Source: Alphaproteobacteria bacterium | Lineage (GTDB): Bacteria; Pseudomonadota; Alphaproteobacteria; Puniceispirillales; UBA1172 | NCBI GenBank assembly: GCA_021296375.1 | Contig: JAGWAQ010000002.1 | Span: forward strand, 1,366 to 62,690 | Direction: 5' to 3' | Length of the DNA: 61,325 nt | Part shown: piece by piece, positions 1 to 10,619 of the stretch | How positions within the stretch are numbered: the stretch's first letter is position 1 | Layout of the letters: each line of letters opens with the position of its first letter | Notes under the pieces: model-generated | The model's input: only the letters and a program-made list of their open reading frames with translations | The model's database searches: none | What the model was told of the DNA's origin: nothing | Position numbers and translations under genes: made by a program

Positions 1-145
1 CCCCCTCGGCGACCACATGTAGCGCGGTCAAGCCATATTTATTGCGGGCCTCGATGTCGGCTCCGGCCTCCAGCGAGGTGGTGATACGCGCCATGTTGCC
101 TTTTGCGGCGGCCCGATGAAGCTCGGCTTCAGGTGATGTCGTCAT
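1..145 (-). CDS. ankyrin-repeat protein; only the N-terminal 48 aa lie in the window
   Basis: Manual minus-strand translation from ATG 143-145 gives MTTSPEAELHRAAAKGNMARITTSLEAGADIEARNKYGLTALHVVAEG. This fits the ANK consensus (LH.AA..G......L...GAD.......G.T.LH.A). The start overlaps the upstream ankyrin ORF by 17 nt. Confidence 0.6.
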   Translation of the reverse strand, partial: MTTSPEAELHRAAAKGNMARITTSLEAGADIEARNKYGLTALHVVAEG

Positions 146-437
146 GGTCTTGTCCTTTGTTGTTTGCGTCATGAAGCCGCCACCATGCCTTTGATTTATA
201 AATGGGGGACGTCTCTTTAATCATGTCTATTGCTACATCGCCCCATTTATCTTTGGCCTTCGGGTCTGCCCCTGCGTCCAGCAAAGCGTTAATGGCTTTG
301 GTCTCGCCATAAAAGGCGGCCAGATGAAGCGGGGTTGCGCCGCTTTGATTGCGGGCGTTAACGTCATCGCCCGCCTTCAGGATGGCGGTGATCTTGGCCA
401 CGTCTCCATCTTCAGCGGCGTTATGCAGTGTTATCAT
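129..437 (-). CDS. ankyrin-repeat protein (about 2 repeats), no signal peptide
   Basis: 102-aa ORF containing LHNAAEDGDVAKITAILKAGDDVNARNQSGATPLHLAAFYGETKAINALLDAGADPKAKDKWG, which is clear ANK periodicity. Confidence 0.75.
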   Translation of the reverse strand: MITLHNAAEDGDVAKITAILKAGDDVNARNQSGATPLHLAAFYGETKAINALLDAGADPKAKDKWGDVAIDMIKETSPIYKSKAWWRLHDANNKGQDHDDIT

Positions 438-794
438 GTTGTGGTTCTCCTCTTTCGCATCAGCTTATCTGCAAAAGGTTAAAAGAACGTTAAGCGCGCC
501 ATTAAAGCTGCACTATTCCCGCAAATACCCCCGCCACTACCCCCGCAAATACTCCCGCCAGTGATCGCCCCATATGGTGGGGGCGGGCTGACTTTTGGCG
601 CAGGGGCGGTGATCTGTTTTGGCCTGATCCTGTCGCTTTTGTGGATCATGATGCGCCGGAAAACCCCCGCCACCACCCTTTAAGTCCAATTCTTTACCCT
701 GAACCTGTGGTCATCTGTTGGGGGCCGAGGCGCAATTGCCTCGGGCATAAAAGGTGGATTAAACTATCCTTTTGTATGAATTTAGTCATTAAGG

Positions 795-1301
795 GTGAAG
801 CGGATGGTTCGGTGCATCGTAGTTTTGATGGTGGCCGCGGGTTTAGGCGGGGTGGCCATGCCTGCCCTTGCCGATTGGCCGCCGCAGGTGACGGGGACAT
901 CTTACCGCGTCGTTGATGGCGACACGATCCATCTTGAGGGCGAGAAAATCCGCCTGCTCGGCATCGACGCGCCGGAAATGAAACAGCGTTGCCAGGAGCG
1001 CAATGGCGCGGCATGGGCCTGCGGGGTGCGGGCGCGGGATATGCTGGCGGGGATGCTGGCGACGGCTGATCAGGTCAGCTGCACCATCACCGGCCGTGAC
1101 CGTTACCAACGTCTGTTGGGGCGGTGCTATGCCGGTGATGTGGCGACGGGGCTGGATGTCCAGAAAGCGCTGGTGCTGGGCGGTTTTGCGGTCGCGGAAT
1201 ACACCGATGATTACCGCAATGAAGAACGCCAGGCGAAGCGCAACGGCTATGGGTTCTGGGGCGGGGAGTTCCTGCGTCCCCGGGACTGGCGGCGAAAGTA
1301 A
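795..1301 (+). CDS. secreted staphylococcal-nuclease-like (thermonuclease/SNase family) protein
   Basis: 168-aa ORF with an N-terminal hydrophobic signal (VVLMVAAGLGGVAMPALA). The core VVDGDTIHLEGEKIRLLGIDAPE ... DRYQRLLGRC ... NGYGFW resembles the SNase fold. Start is GTG 795 or ATG 804. Confidence 0.7.
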   Translation: MKRMVRCIVVLMVAAGLGGVAMPALADWPPQVTGTSYRVVDGDTIHLEGEKIRLLGIDAPEMKQRCQERNGAAWACGVRARDMLAGMLATADQVSCTITGRDRYQRLLGRCYAGDVATGLDVQKALVLGGFAVAEYTDDYRNEERQAKRNGYGFWGGEFLRPRDWRRK

Positions 1302-1312
1302 CCACCTGAATT

Positions 1313-2809
1313 TTATGCGGTTTCGGTGCCGCCGATGGTGATGCCGCCCATCTTGAGGGTGGGTTGGCCAACGCCAACCGGAACGCCTTGCCCGGCCTTC
1401 CCGCAGGTGCCGATGCCGTTATCAAGGGCGAGGTCATTGCCGATCATGGAGATTTTGCCCATGGCGTCGGGGCCATTGCCGATCAGGGTGGCGCCTTTCA
1501 CCGGCGCGCCGATCTTGCCGTTTTCCACCATATACGCTTCGGATGCGGAGAACACGAATTTGCCGCTGGTGATGTCGACCTGACCGCCGCCAAAATTAAC
1601 CGCGAAAATGCCTTTTTTGATGCTGGCGACGATTTCATCCTGGCTGTAATCGCCGTTCAGCATGAAGGTGTTGGTCATGCGCGGCATCGGGGTATGGGCG
1701 TAGGATTCCCGGCGGCCATTGCCCGTGGGGTCAACCCCCATCAGGCGGGCGTTCTGGCGATCCTGCATATAGCCTTTCAGGATGCCATCCTCGATCAGCA
1801 CATTGCGCGCCGAGGGCGTGCCTTCGTCATCAATGGTGATCGACCCCCGCCGGTCTTCCATGGTGCCGTCATCAACAACGGTGACGCCTTTGGCCGCCAC
1901 CTGTTCCCCCACTCTTCCGGAAAACAGCGATGTGCCTTTGCGGTTGAAATCCCCCTCAAGCCCATGGCCGACGGCTTCATGCAGCATGACCCCGGGCCAG
2001 CCGGCGCCGAGCGCGACTTCCATTTCCCCTGCGGGCGCCGGGACCGAGTCAAGATTGACCCGCGCGACGCGAATGGCTTCATGGACTTCGGCTTTCCAGA
2101 CTTGCGGGTCCATCCACTGGTCCATCATCACCCGGCCGCCCGCGCCGGATGAGCCGGATTCCATGCGGCCGTCTTTTTCCAGCACAACCGCCACATTAAG
2201 CCGCACCAGCGGCCGGATATCCGCGACCTGCTGGCCATCGGGGCGGATGATGCGGATCGCCTGCCATGACGCGGCGGTCGAGACCGTCACCTGCTTGACC
2301 AGAGGGTCAGCGGCACGGGCGTAAGCGTCAATATCCTGCAACAGCTCGACCTTATCGCCAAAAGCGGTGGCCTCAAGGGGGTTGCGGGCGGTGTAAAGCG
2401 CGCGGTTGCCGCCAGCTTTCGGGGGCAGGGCAAGGCTGCCGTTATAGCCTGAAGTGACGGCGCGCACCGTCTCGCCCGCGCGTTTGATGGCATCGAGCGT
2501 GACGTCACCGGAATGGGCATAGCCATGGGCTTCCCCGGCGATGGACCGCAGGCCAAAGCCGCTGGAATTGTCATAGCTTGAGGATTTCATGCGGCCGTCA
2601 TCAAACACCAGCATTTCGGAATGACGTTCCTCGAGGTAAAGCTCCCCGTCATCAGCGCCGGTGAGCGCACCCTGAACCGCCGCCGCCACCGCGTCCTGGT
2701 CAAGGCCGGTTTTGGTGAAAAACAGCTCACTCGTGATGTCCAGAGGGTCACCGGATGGCAGGGTTTCGGTGGTCAGACGGGTGGTGTCCATAAAGCTCTC
2801 CTGCGCCAT
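1313..2809 (-). CDS. tldD: metalloprotease TldD
   Basis: 498-aa ORF with the HEAVGHGLEGD zinc motif and TldD/PmbA-family length and layout. Confidence 0.85.
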   Translation of the reverse strand: MAQESFMDTTRLTTETLPSGDPLDITSELFFTKTGLDQDAVAAAVQGALTGADDGELYLEERHSEMLVFDDGRMKSSSYDNSSGFGLRSIAGEAHGYAHSGDVTLDAIKRAGETVRAVTSGYNGSLALPPKAGGNRALYTARNPLEATAFGDKVELLQDIDAYARAADPLVKQVTVSTAASWQAIRIIRPDGQQVADIRPLVRLNVAVVLEKDGRMESGSSGAGGRVMMDQWMDPQVWKAEVHEAIRVARVNLDSVPAPAGEMEVALGAGWPGVMLHEAVGHGLEGDFNRKGTSLFSGRVGEQVAAKGVTVVDDGTMEDRRGSITIDDEGTPSARNVLIEDGILKGYMQDRQNARLMGVDPTGNGRRESYAHTPMPRMTNTFMLNGDYSQDEIVASIKKGIFAVNFGGGQVDITSGKFVFSASEAYMVENGKIGAPVKGATLIGNGPDAMGKISMIGNDLALDNGIGTCGKAGQGVPVGVGQPTLKMGGITIGGTETA

Positions 2810-3089
2810 GTCAGCGCTGCGGTGTCAGGGTCTATCCTTATCTAGAGATGGCATAGCACGGGGCAAGTTTCAAGCCATGCGCCCCTCCCTTGCCAACCCC
2901 TCCTTTGCCAAAAGGCGCATCCTGCGACCACCTGTCGCAAGAATTGACCCTATGCCATGCTATGGCGCGGTCATCTTTGTGTTATAAGGATCATGCAATG
3001 ATTCTGTGTAGTGGAACTGTTGCGCCCAACCTCCACGGTGCCCGCTTGAGATCACCGTGACCATAATGACTCTAAGGGGGAGTTGAAGA

Positions 3090-3944
3090 ATGTTTCCGTC
3101 CCGTATTCTGGCCATGTTCCCGGCTGTGATGCAACGCGCGGGTTTTGCCGCAATTTCTTATCTTGGCGCGACCGGCCTGGCCCATGCCGCCGAACCGCAG
3201 CCCTGGCAGCTGGGTCTTCAGCCTGCCGCCGGTTCAATTGCGGAAAAAGCCAATGATCTGCACAACATGCTGCTGGTGATCATCACCCTGATTTCACTGT
3301 TCGTGCTGGCGCTTTTGGTTTACACCTGCCTGCGCTTCCGCGAAGGCAAAAACCCGACCCCATCCAAAACCACCCACAACACGGTGATCGAGGTTCTCTG
3401 GACCGTTATCCCGGTCGTGATTCTGGTGGTCATTGCGGTGCCATCCTTCAAGCTGCTCTATTACATGGACCGCACGGATGAAACCGACATGGTGGTCAAG
3501 GTGACCGGCGCCCAGTGGTACTGGACTTACGAATACCCGAAAGAAGAGATCGCGTTTGACAGCTACATGATCGCTGAAGAAGACATTCAGCCCGGTCAGA
3601 AGCGTCTGCTTGATGTGGACAATCCCCTTGTTGTTCCAGAAGGCACGCGCATCAAGCTGCTGGTGCAAGCCAATGACGTGATGCATTCCTTCTTCATGCC
3701 CGCCCTGGCGGTTCAGGTTTACACGGTTGCCGGACGCACCAACGAAGCCTGGATTGATATTCCCATGGGCGAGAAGACCTATTATGGCCAGTGCAACCAG
3801 ATCTGCGGCATTAACCATGCGTATATGCCGATCGTGATCAAGGCGGTATCGGCTGAAGATTATGCCAAATGGGTGGATGACGCCCGTGAAGAATTTGCCT
3901 CGGTTGATCGTGTTGAAACGATCAAGCTGGCGCAAGCTCAATAA
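3090..3944 (+). CDS. coxB: cytochrome c oxidase subunit II (aa3 type)
   Basis: Signal peptide plus TM hairpin. CuA centre motif HSFFMP ... CNQICGINHAYMP. Strong SD (aagggggag) upstream. First gene of the cox cluster. Confidence 0.9.
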   Translation: MFPSRILAMFPAVMQRAGFAAISYLGATGLAHAAEPQPWQLGLQPAAGSIAEKANDLHNMLLVIITLISLFVLALLVYTCLRFREGKNPTPSKTTHNTVIEVLWTVIPVVILVVIAVPSFKLLYYMDRTDETDMVVKVTGAQWYWTYEYPKEEIAFDSYMIAEEDIQPGQKRLLDVDNPLVVPEGTRIKLLVQANDVMHSFFMPALAVQVYTVAGRTNEAWIDIPMGEKTYYGQCNQICGINHAYMPIVIKAVSAEDYAKWVDDAREEFASVDRVETIKLAQAQ

Positions 3945-3951
3945 GTGTTAA

Positions 3952-5565
<1,614 letters not shown>

Positions 5566-5615
5566 GCCAGCAGGCTGGTAAAGCGATTGGACGATCGCGG
5601 AAAGGAAAGACCATA

Positions 5616-6536
5616 ATGGCGCAAACGCTTGGGGCACAGCAGATCGTGGCATCGCCACAACTCGCGGATCCGGGGGATTTCATCGCCCTGATGAAGCCCC
5701 GCGTGATGAGCCTTGTGGTCTTTACCACCGTGGTGGGCATGGTGCTGGCCCCAACGGCAACCCATCCCCTGCTGGCGTTGATCTCGATCATCGCGATTGC
5801 GGCAGGGGCGGGGGCGTCAGGGGCCATCAATCAATGGTATGACCGCGATATTGACGCGGTCATGACCCGCACCAAAACCCGCCCCATTCCGGCGGGCAAG
5901 GTGATGCCGGAAGAAGCCTTGAGCCTCGGGGTTATCATCAGCCTGTTGTCGGTGCTGGTGCTGTGGTTCTCCGCCGGTTTCGCGGCGGCGGCGTTGCTCG
6001 GGTTCACGATTTTCTTTTACGCCGTGGTCTATTCCGTCTGGCTGAAGCGCGCGACGCCGCAGAATATCGTCATTGGCGGCGCGGCCGGGGCCTTCCCGCC
6101 GGCCATCGGCTGGCTGGCGGCGGGTGGCGACATGACGATTGAACCGCTGGTGCTGTTCAGCATCATCTTTATCTGGACGCCGCCGCATTTCTGGGCGCTG
6201 GCGCTGGTCAAGAACGACGATTACACCCGCGCCGGTATTCCCATGATGCCGGTTGTTGCTGGCGCGAAAAGCACCCGTCTTCAGATCACCCTCTATTCGA
6301 TTGCACTGGCGCCGGTCGGTGTTCTGCCGAGCGTTATTGGCATGGCCAGCATCGGTTATGGAGTGGTGGCGGCGGTGCTTGGCGGTATTTTCCTGGCGCT
6401 TGCGGTCAAGCTCCAGCGCGATGGTTCTGACGCCAACGCCATGGGATTGTTCAAATATTCCATCCTGTACCTGTTCCTGGTGTTCTTTGCCCTTGGCATT
6501 GATGGCGCGGTGTCCAGCTTTATCGGAGGCGCATGA
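5616..6536 (+). CDS. ctaB: protoheme IX farnesyltransferase (heme O synthase)
   Basis: 306-aa polytopic UbiA-family ORF with [19 protein letters not shown]. Sits in the cox cluster. Confidence 0.9.
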   Translation: MAQTLGAQQIVASPQLADPGDFIALMKPRVMSLVVFTTVVGMVLAPTATHPLLALISIIAIAAGAGASGAINQWYDRDIDAVMTRTKTRPIPAGKVMPEEALSLGVIISLLSVLVLWFSAGFAAAALLGFTIFFYAVVYSVWLKRATPQNIVIGGAAGAFPPAIGWLAAGGDMTIEPLVLFSIIFIWTPPHFWALALVKNDDYTRAGIPMMPVVAGAKSTRLQITLYSIALAPVGVLPSVIGMASIGYGVVAAVLGGIFLALAVKLQRDGSDANAMGLFKYSILYLFLVFFALGIDGAVSSFIGGA

Positions 6537-6538
6537 TC

Positions 6539-6682
6539 ATGACTGATCCGAAACAAGACCTGCCGACACCTGATGAATTTATTGCCCTTCGCCGCCGCCG
6601 CAATTTTGCGGTTTTCGGCGCGATTGTGCTGCTTTGCGTGATCTTTTACCTGATCACGATTGTCCGGCTTGGGGTGGCGTGA
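6539..6682 (+). CDS. 47-aa single-TM protein between ctaB and ctaG
   Basis: Not in the ORF track because it is under 60 aa. Manual translation gives MTDPKQDLPTPDEFIALRRRRNFAVFGAIVLLCVIFYLITIVRLGVA. ATG lies 3 nt after the ctaB stop. Its TGA overlaps the ctaG ATG (GTGATG). Confidence 0.5.
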   Translation: MTDPKQDLPTPDEFIALRRRRNFAVFGAIVLLCVIFYLITIVRLGVA

Positions 6683-7254
6683 TGACGACCGCTTCCCTTG
6701 ACATGGACCCGAAAGATGTCGGCCAGAAAAATCGCCGGGTGGTGATGATCATGCTCGGTATTGCCGTTGGCATGGTGGGGCTGGCCTATGCCTCGGTGCC
6801 GCTTTATCAGTTGTTCTGTCAGGTGACAGGTTTTGGCGGCACGACGCAAGTCAGCACCGAAGCCCCCGGCGCCGCCAGTGGCGCGGTGAAGCGCGATGTC
6901 GCTTTTAACAGTCACGTCAGCCCTGATCTCAACTGGGTGGTGAAGGCGCCAGTGATTGCCAATGTCACCCCGGGCGAGGAAATCACCGTCACTTATCTGG
7001 CGACCAACCCCACTGACGCGCCGGTGGTAGGGACATCCAGCTTTAACGTGACGCCCAATAAAATTGGTCCGTATTTCATGAAAATTGAATGTTTCTGCTT
7101 CACGGAACAAACACTGCAGCCTGGCGAAACCGCCGAAATGCCGGTGACGTTCTATCTTGATCCGGAAATTGACGATGATATTAACACCAAAGCGACACCG
7201 GAGATTACGTTGTCGTATACATTTTTCCCCGTTAAAACAGACGGGGAGACATGA
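6682..7254 (+). CDS. ctaG: cytochrome c oxidase copper-assembly protein CtaG/Cox11
   Basis: N-terminal TM anchor plus the Cox11 motif KIECFCFTEQ. ATG 6682 is preferred over the track start 6634 because it is coupled to the upstream small ORF. Confidence 0.85.
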   Translation: MTTASLDMDPKDVGQKNRRVVMIMLGIAVGMVGLAYASVPLYQLFCQVTGFGGTTQVSTEAPGAASGAVKRDVAFNSHVSPDLNWVVKAPVIANVTPGEEITVTYLATNPTDAPVVGTSSFNVTPNKIGPYFMKIECFCFTEQTLQPGETAEMPVTFYLDPEIDDDINTKATPEITLSYTFFPVKTDGET

Positions 7255-7302
7255 TGCGCCGCGTCCCGCGGTTCATCATTAAAGGAGACCTGGGAGATTA
7301 AA

Positions 7303-8088
7303 ATGAGTGGGGACCCGAAACATCAGTTTCATCTAGTGGAACCAAGCCCGTGGCCAGCACTTGCGTCGATGAGCGCATTTGTCCTGGTGATCGGCGGTGT
7401 TCTTTATATGCATGGCAACCCGTATGGTGTCGCCACCCTCGGCGGGGGCTTGATGCTGGTCTTGGCGTCAATGTTCTTCTGGTGGCGTGACATTATCCGT
7501 GAAGCGGAATATCAGGGCCATCACACGCCGATCGTTCAGATCGGGATGCGCTATGGCATGCTGCTGTTCATCTCGTCGGAAGTGATGTTCTTTGTGGCGT
7601 TCTTCTGGGCGTTCTTTGACCGTGCCTTGTTCCCGGCTGGCGGCGTCTGGCCGCCTGAAGGTGTCATTACCTTTGACCCGTTTGACCTGCCGCTGATCAA
7701 CACGCTCGTGCTGTTGTTGTCGGGCTGCACCGTCACCTGGGCGCACCATGCGCTGGTTGAAAACAACCGCAAGGATTTCATGACCGGCCTGAGCCTGACG
7801 ATCGTTCTCGGCGCGCTGTTCACCGCCCTTCAGGCGCTTGAATACAGTCATGCGCCATTTGCATTGTCTGATGGCATTTACCCGTCGGTCTTCTACCTGG
7901 CGACCGGTTTCCACGGCTTCCACGTCATTATCGGGACGCTGTTCCTGGCGGTCTGCCTGTGGCGCGGGGCGCAGGGGCATTTCACCCCCAAGCAGCATTT
8001 CGGCTTTGAAGCGGCGGCTTGGTACTGGCATTTCGTTGATGTCGTGTGGCTGTTCCTGTTTGTCGCGGTTTACATCTGGGGCCGTTAA
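7303..8088 (+). CDS. ctaE: cytochrome c oxidase subunit III
   Basis: 261-aa, 7-TM ORF with [12 protein letters not shown] and [14 protein letters not shown] motifs. Confidence 0.9.
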   Translation: MSGDPKHQFHLVEPSPWPALASMSAFVLVIGGVLYMHGNPYGVATLGGGLMLVLASMFFWWRDIIREAEYQGHHTPIVQIGMRYGMLLFISSEVMFFVAFFWAFFDRALFPAGGVWPPEGVITFDPFDLPLINTLVLLLSGCTVTWAHHALVENNRKDFMTGLSLTIVLGALFTALQALEYSHAPFALSDGIYPSVFYLATGFHGFHVIIGTLFLAVCLWRGAQGHFTPKQHFGFEAAAWYWHFVDVVWLFLFVAVYIWGR

Positions 8089-8091
8089 GAT

Positions 8092-8466
8092 TTGGCCAAA
8101 CCTGATCACAACAACAGCGCCGGGCATCCTGATGCCATGCGCCGTGCCTTAAACGGCTTTTGCCCTGACTGCGGTCAGGGCAAACTTTTTAAAGGCCGGG
8201 TGGCGCTGGTTGAGGCTTGTGATCACTGCGGGCTGGATTTCACGCGCTATTCCGCAGGCGACGGCCCCGCCACTTTGTTGATTTTTGTCTATGGCGCGTT
8301 GATCGTGCCATTGGCGTTTCTGCTCGAAAACCTGCTGGCCCCGCCGCTATGGGTGCATGCCGTGGTCTGGGGGCTGGTGATGCTGGCGGCAACCTTGTTG
8401 TCCTTGCGCGTGATTAAAGCCATGATAGTGGCGTTGCAGTACCGGTTCCAGACACCGGAAAGCTGA
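8092..8466 (+). CDS. DUF983-like zinc-ribbon membrane protein
   Basis: CPDCGQGKLF ... CDHCGLDF followed by two TM helices. The position between ctaE and SURF1 is typical for alphaproteobacteria. Start is uncertain (TTG 8092 or ATG 8137). Confidence 0.65.
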   Translation: MAKPDHNNSAGHPDAMRRALNGFCPDCGQGKLFKGRVALVEACDHCGLDFTRYSAGDGPATLLIFVYGALIVPLAFLLENLLAPPLWVHAVVWGLVMLAATLLSLRVIKAMIVALQYRFQTPES

Positions 8467-8480
8467 GTAAAGGTGATGAT

Positions 8481-9212
8481 ATGACGTTCCGTCCGAAGTT
8501 ATGGATGACAGTTGCCGCGATCCCGGCCTTGATGATGCTGATCTACCTCGGCACCTGGCAGGTGATGCGGATGCAGTGGAAAGACGCCCTGATCGAGGAG
8601 TTCACCAGTCGCGCGACCGCCGCCGCCGTCGCGCCACCTGCCGCCGCATCGGCCGCGGACAATCAATACCAGCGGATGAAACTGACCGGCGTCTGGATGC
8701 ATCATGCCGAAACGCAGTTGATTGGACGTACCTTCGAAGGCACGGCAGGCTATCATGTCATCACGCCGTTCCGCCTTGATGACGGGCGGGTGATGCTGCT
8801 TAATCGCGGGTGGGTGTCGCAGGATTACCGCTTGCCTGAAGCCCGGCCATCGACGCTCACCGCGGGTCCTGTTGAGGTGACCGCCATCCTGCGTCTGCCT
8901 GCGCGTAAAGGGTATTTTGTCCCCGCCAATAACCCGCAGCAGAACGACTGGTTCACCCTGAACATTGCTGATATCGCCGCCCATCACCAGCTCGGGGATA
9001 ATCTGATCACCACCTATACCGGCGACGTGCTGCGCAACAGCGGCCCCTATGTTCTGCCGATTGGCGCTGATGTTGATATCAATATTCCGAATGACCACTG
9101 GCATTACGCCTTGACCTGGTATGGGCTGGCCCTCGGGTTGATCGGGGTTTACCTGGCCTTCCATTATCAGGCGGGGCGGCTTCGCTTTGGCGGTAAAGGG
9201 GGGCAATCATGA
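8481..9212 (+). CDS. SURF1-family cytochrome oxidase biogenesis protein
   Basis: TM helices at both ends. The GTWQVMRMQWK motif matches SURF1 (WQ..R..WK). Cox-cluster context. Confidence 0.8.
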   Translation: MTFRPKLWMTVAAIPALMMLIYLGTWQVMRMQWKDALIEEFTSRATAAAVAPPAAASAADNQYQRMKLTGVWMHHAETQLIGRTFEGTAGYHVITPFRLDDGRVMLLNRGWVSQDYRLPEARPSTLTAGPVEVTAILRLPARKGYFVPANNPQQNDWFTLNIADIAAHHQLGDNLITTYTGDVLRNSGPYVLPIGADVDINIPNDHWHYALTWYGLALGLIGVYLAFHYQAGRLRFGGKGGQS

Positions 9213-10615
9213 AGTATATCTCAACCCGTGGCGGCGATGGCCCCCTTGGTTATGAAGACGCGTTGCTGTCAGGTCTGGCCCGTGACGGCGGCTTGTTTGT
9301 GCCAGCGGAATGGCCGCGCCTGAGCCGTCAGGAATGGCTGGCGCTGAAAGGCAAATCCTATGCCGAGGTGGCGGTCGCCATCATGTCGAGCTTCACCGGT
9401 GATGACGTGCCGCGCGCTGAACTCACCGCCATGGTCGAGGACACCTACGCCGCTTTCACCGACCCTGCCGTCGCGCCGCTCAAGCCGATTGGCGACAATA
9501 TCCATGTTTGCGAGCTGTTCCACGGCCCCACCATCGCCTTTAAGGATTACGCCATGCAGTTCCTGTCGCGGGCGTTTGATCGCGCGCTTTCGGCGCGGGG
9601 CAAGCGGGCTGTTATTCTGGGCGCGACATCGGGCGACACCGGGTCCGCCGCGCTGGAGGCATTCCAGGGGCGGGATTTTGTCGATATTTTCATCCTCTTT
9701 CCTGATGGCCGTGTCAGCCCCATCCAGCAACGCCAGATGACCAGCGTGTTGGCGGATGGCGCCTACGCGGTGGCGGTTGAAGGTGATTTTGACGATTGCC
9801 AGGATGCCGTCAAGGCGTTGTTCCGTGATCTGGAGTTCCGTGATCGCGTCGGCCTGTCGGCGATCAATTCCATCAACTGGGCGCGGCTGATGCCGCAGAT
9901 CGTCTATTACGTCACCACCGCGCTTGAGCTTGGCGCACCGGACCAGGAAGTCGCTTTCGCTGTGCCGACGGGCAATTTCGGCAATATCTTTGCCGGTTAC
10001 GCCGCCAAACAAATGGGGCTGCCGATCTCAACCCTGATCTGCGCGTCGAACCGCAACGATATCCTGACCCGGTTCTTTGAAAGCGGGGCGATGGAACGGC
10101 AATCTGTTGAACCCTCGCTCAGCCCGTCGATGGATATTCAGGTGTCGAGCAATTTCGAGCGGCTGTTGTTCGAGATGCTGGATCGTGATGCCGAGGCGGT
10201 GAAAACCGCCATGGCGACATTCGCCGAAACCGGCCGGTTTGATGTTGAGCCAGCCGTGCTGGATAAAGCCCGCACCCTCTTTCAGGCCTGGCGGCTGGAT
10301 GATCAGGGCATCCTTGATGAGATTGCCCGCACGAAAGCCGAGACCGGCATGGTGCTGGATCCTCATTCCGCCGTCGGTGTCTATTCCGCCCGCATGGCCC
10401 GCCAGGACAACACCGTAAAGGCCGGCACGCCGATTGTTGCCCTCGCTTGCGCGCATCCGGCTAAATTCCCTGATGCGGTGGCAAAAGCGACCGGCCAGAC
10501 CCCGGCCTTGCCGCCGCATCTCGCCGATTTGATGGAACGCAAGGAACGCATCCACCACGTCAGCGCAAATACCGATGATATCGCGGCGTTGGTTGACGCC
10601 AATAAACGGCAATAA
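9209..10615 (+). CDS. thrC: threonine synthase
   Basis: 468-aa ORF with the PLP-lysine motif FHGPTIAFKDYAMQ and GATSGDTGSA. Overlaps the SURF1 stop by 4 nt. Confidence 0.9.
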   Translation: MKYISTRGGDGPLGYEDALLSGLARDGGLFVPAEWPRLSRQEWLALKGKSYAEVAVAIMSSFTGDDVPRAELTAMVEDTYAAFTDPAVAPLKPIGDNIHVCELFHGPTIAFKDYAMQFLSRAFDRALSARGKRAVILGATSGDTGSAALEAFQGRDFVDIFILFPDGRVSPIQQRQMTSVLADGAYAVAVEGDFDDCQDAVKALFRDLEFRDRVGLSAINSINWARLMPQIVYYVTTALELGAPDQEVAFAVPTGNFGNIFAGYAAKQMGLPISTLICASNRNDILTRFFESGAMERQSVEPSLSPSMDIQVSSNFERLLFEMLDRDAEAVKTAMATFAETGRFDVEPAVLDKARTLFQAWRLDDQGILDEIARTKAETGMVLDPHSAVGVYSARMARQDNTVKAGTPIVALACAHPAKFPDAVAKATGQTPALPPHLADLMERKERIHHVSANTDDIAALVDANKRQ

Positions 10616-10619
10616 CCGC

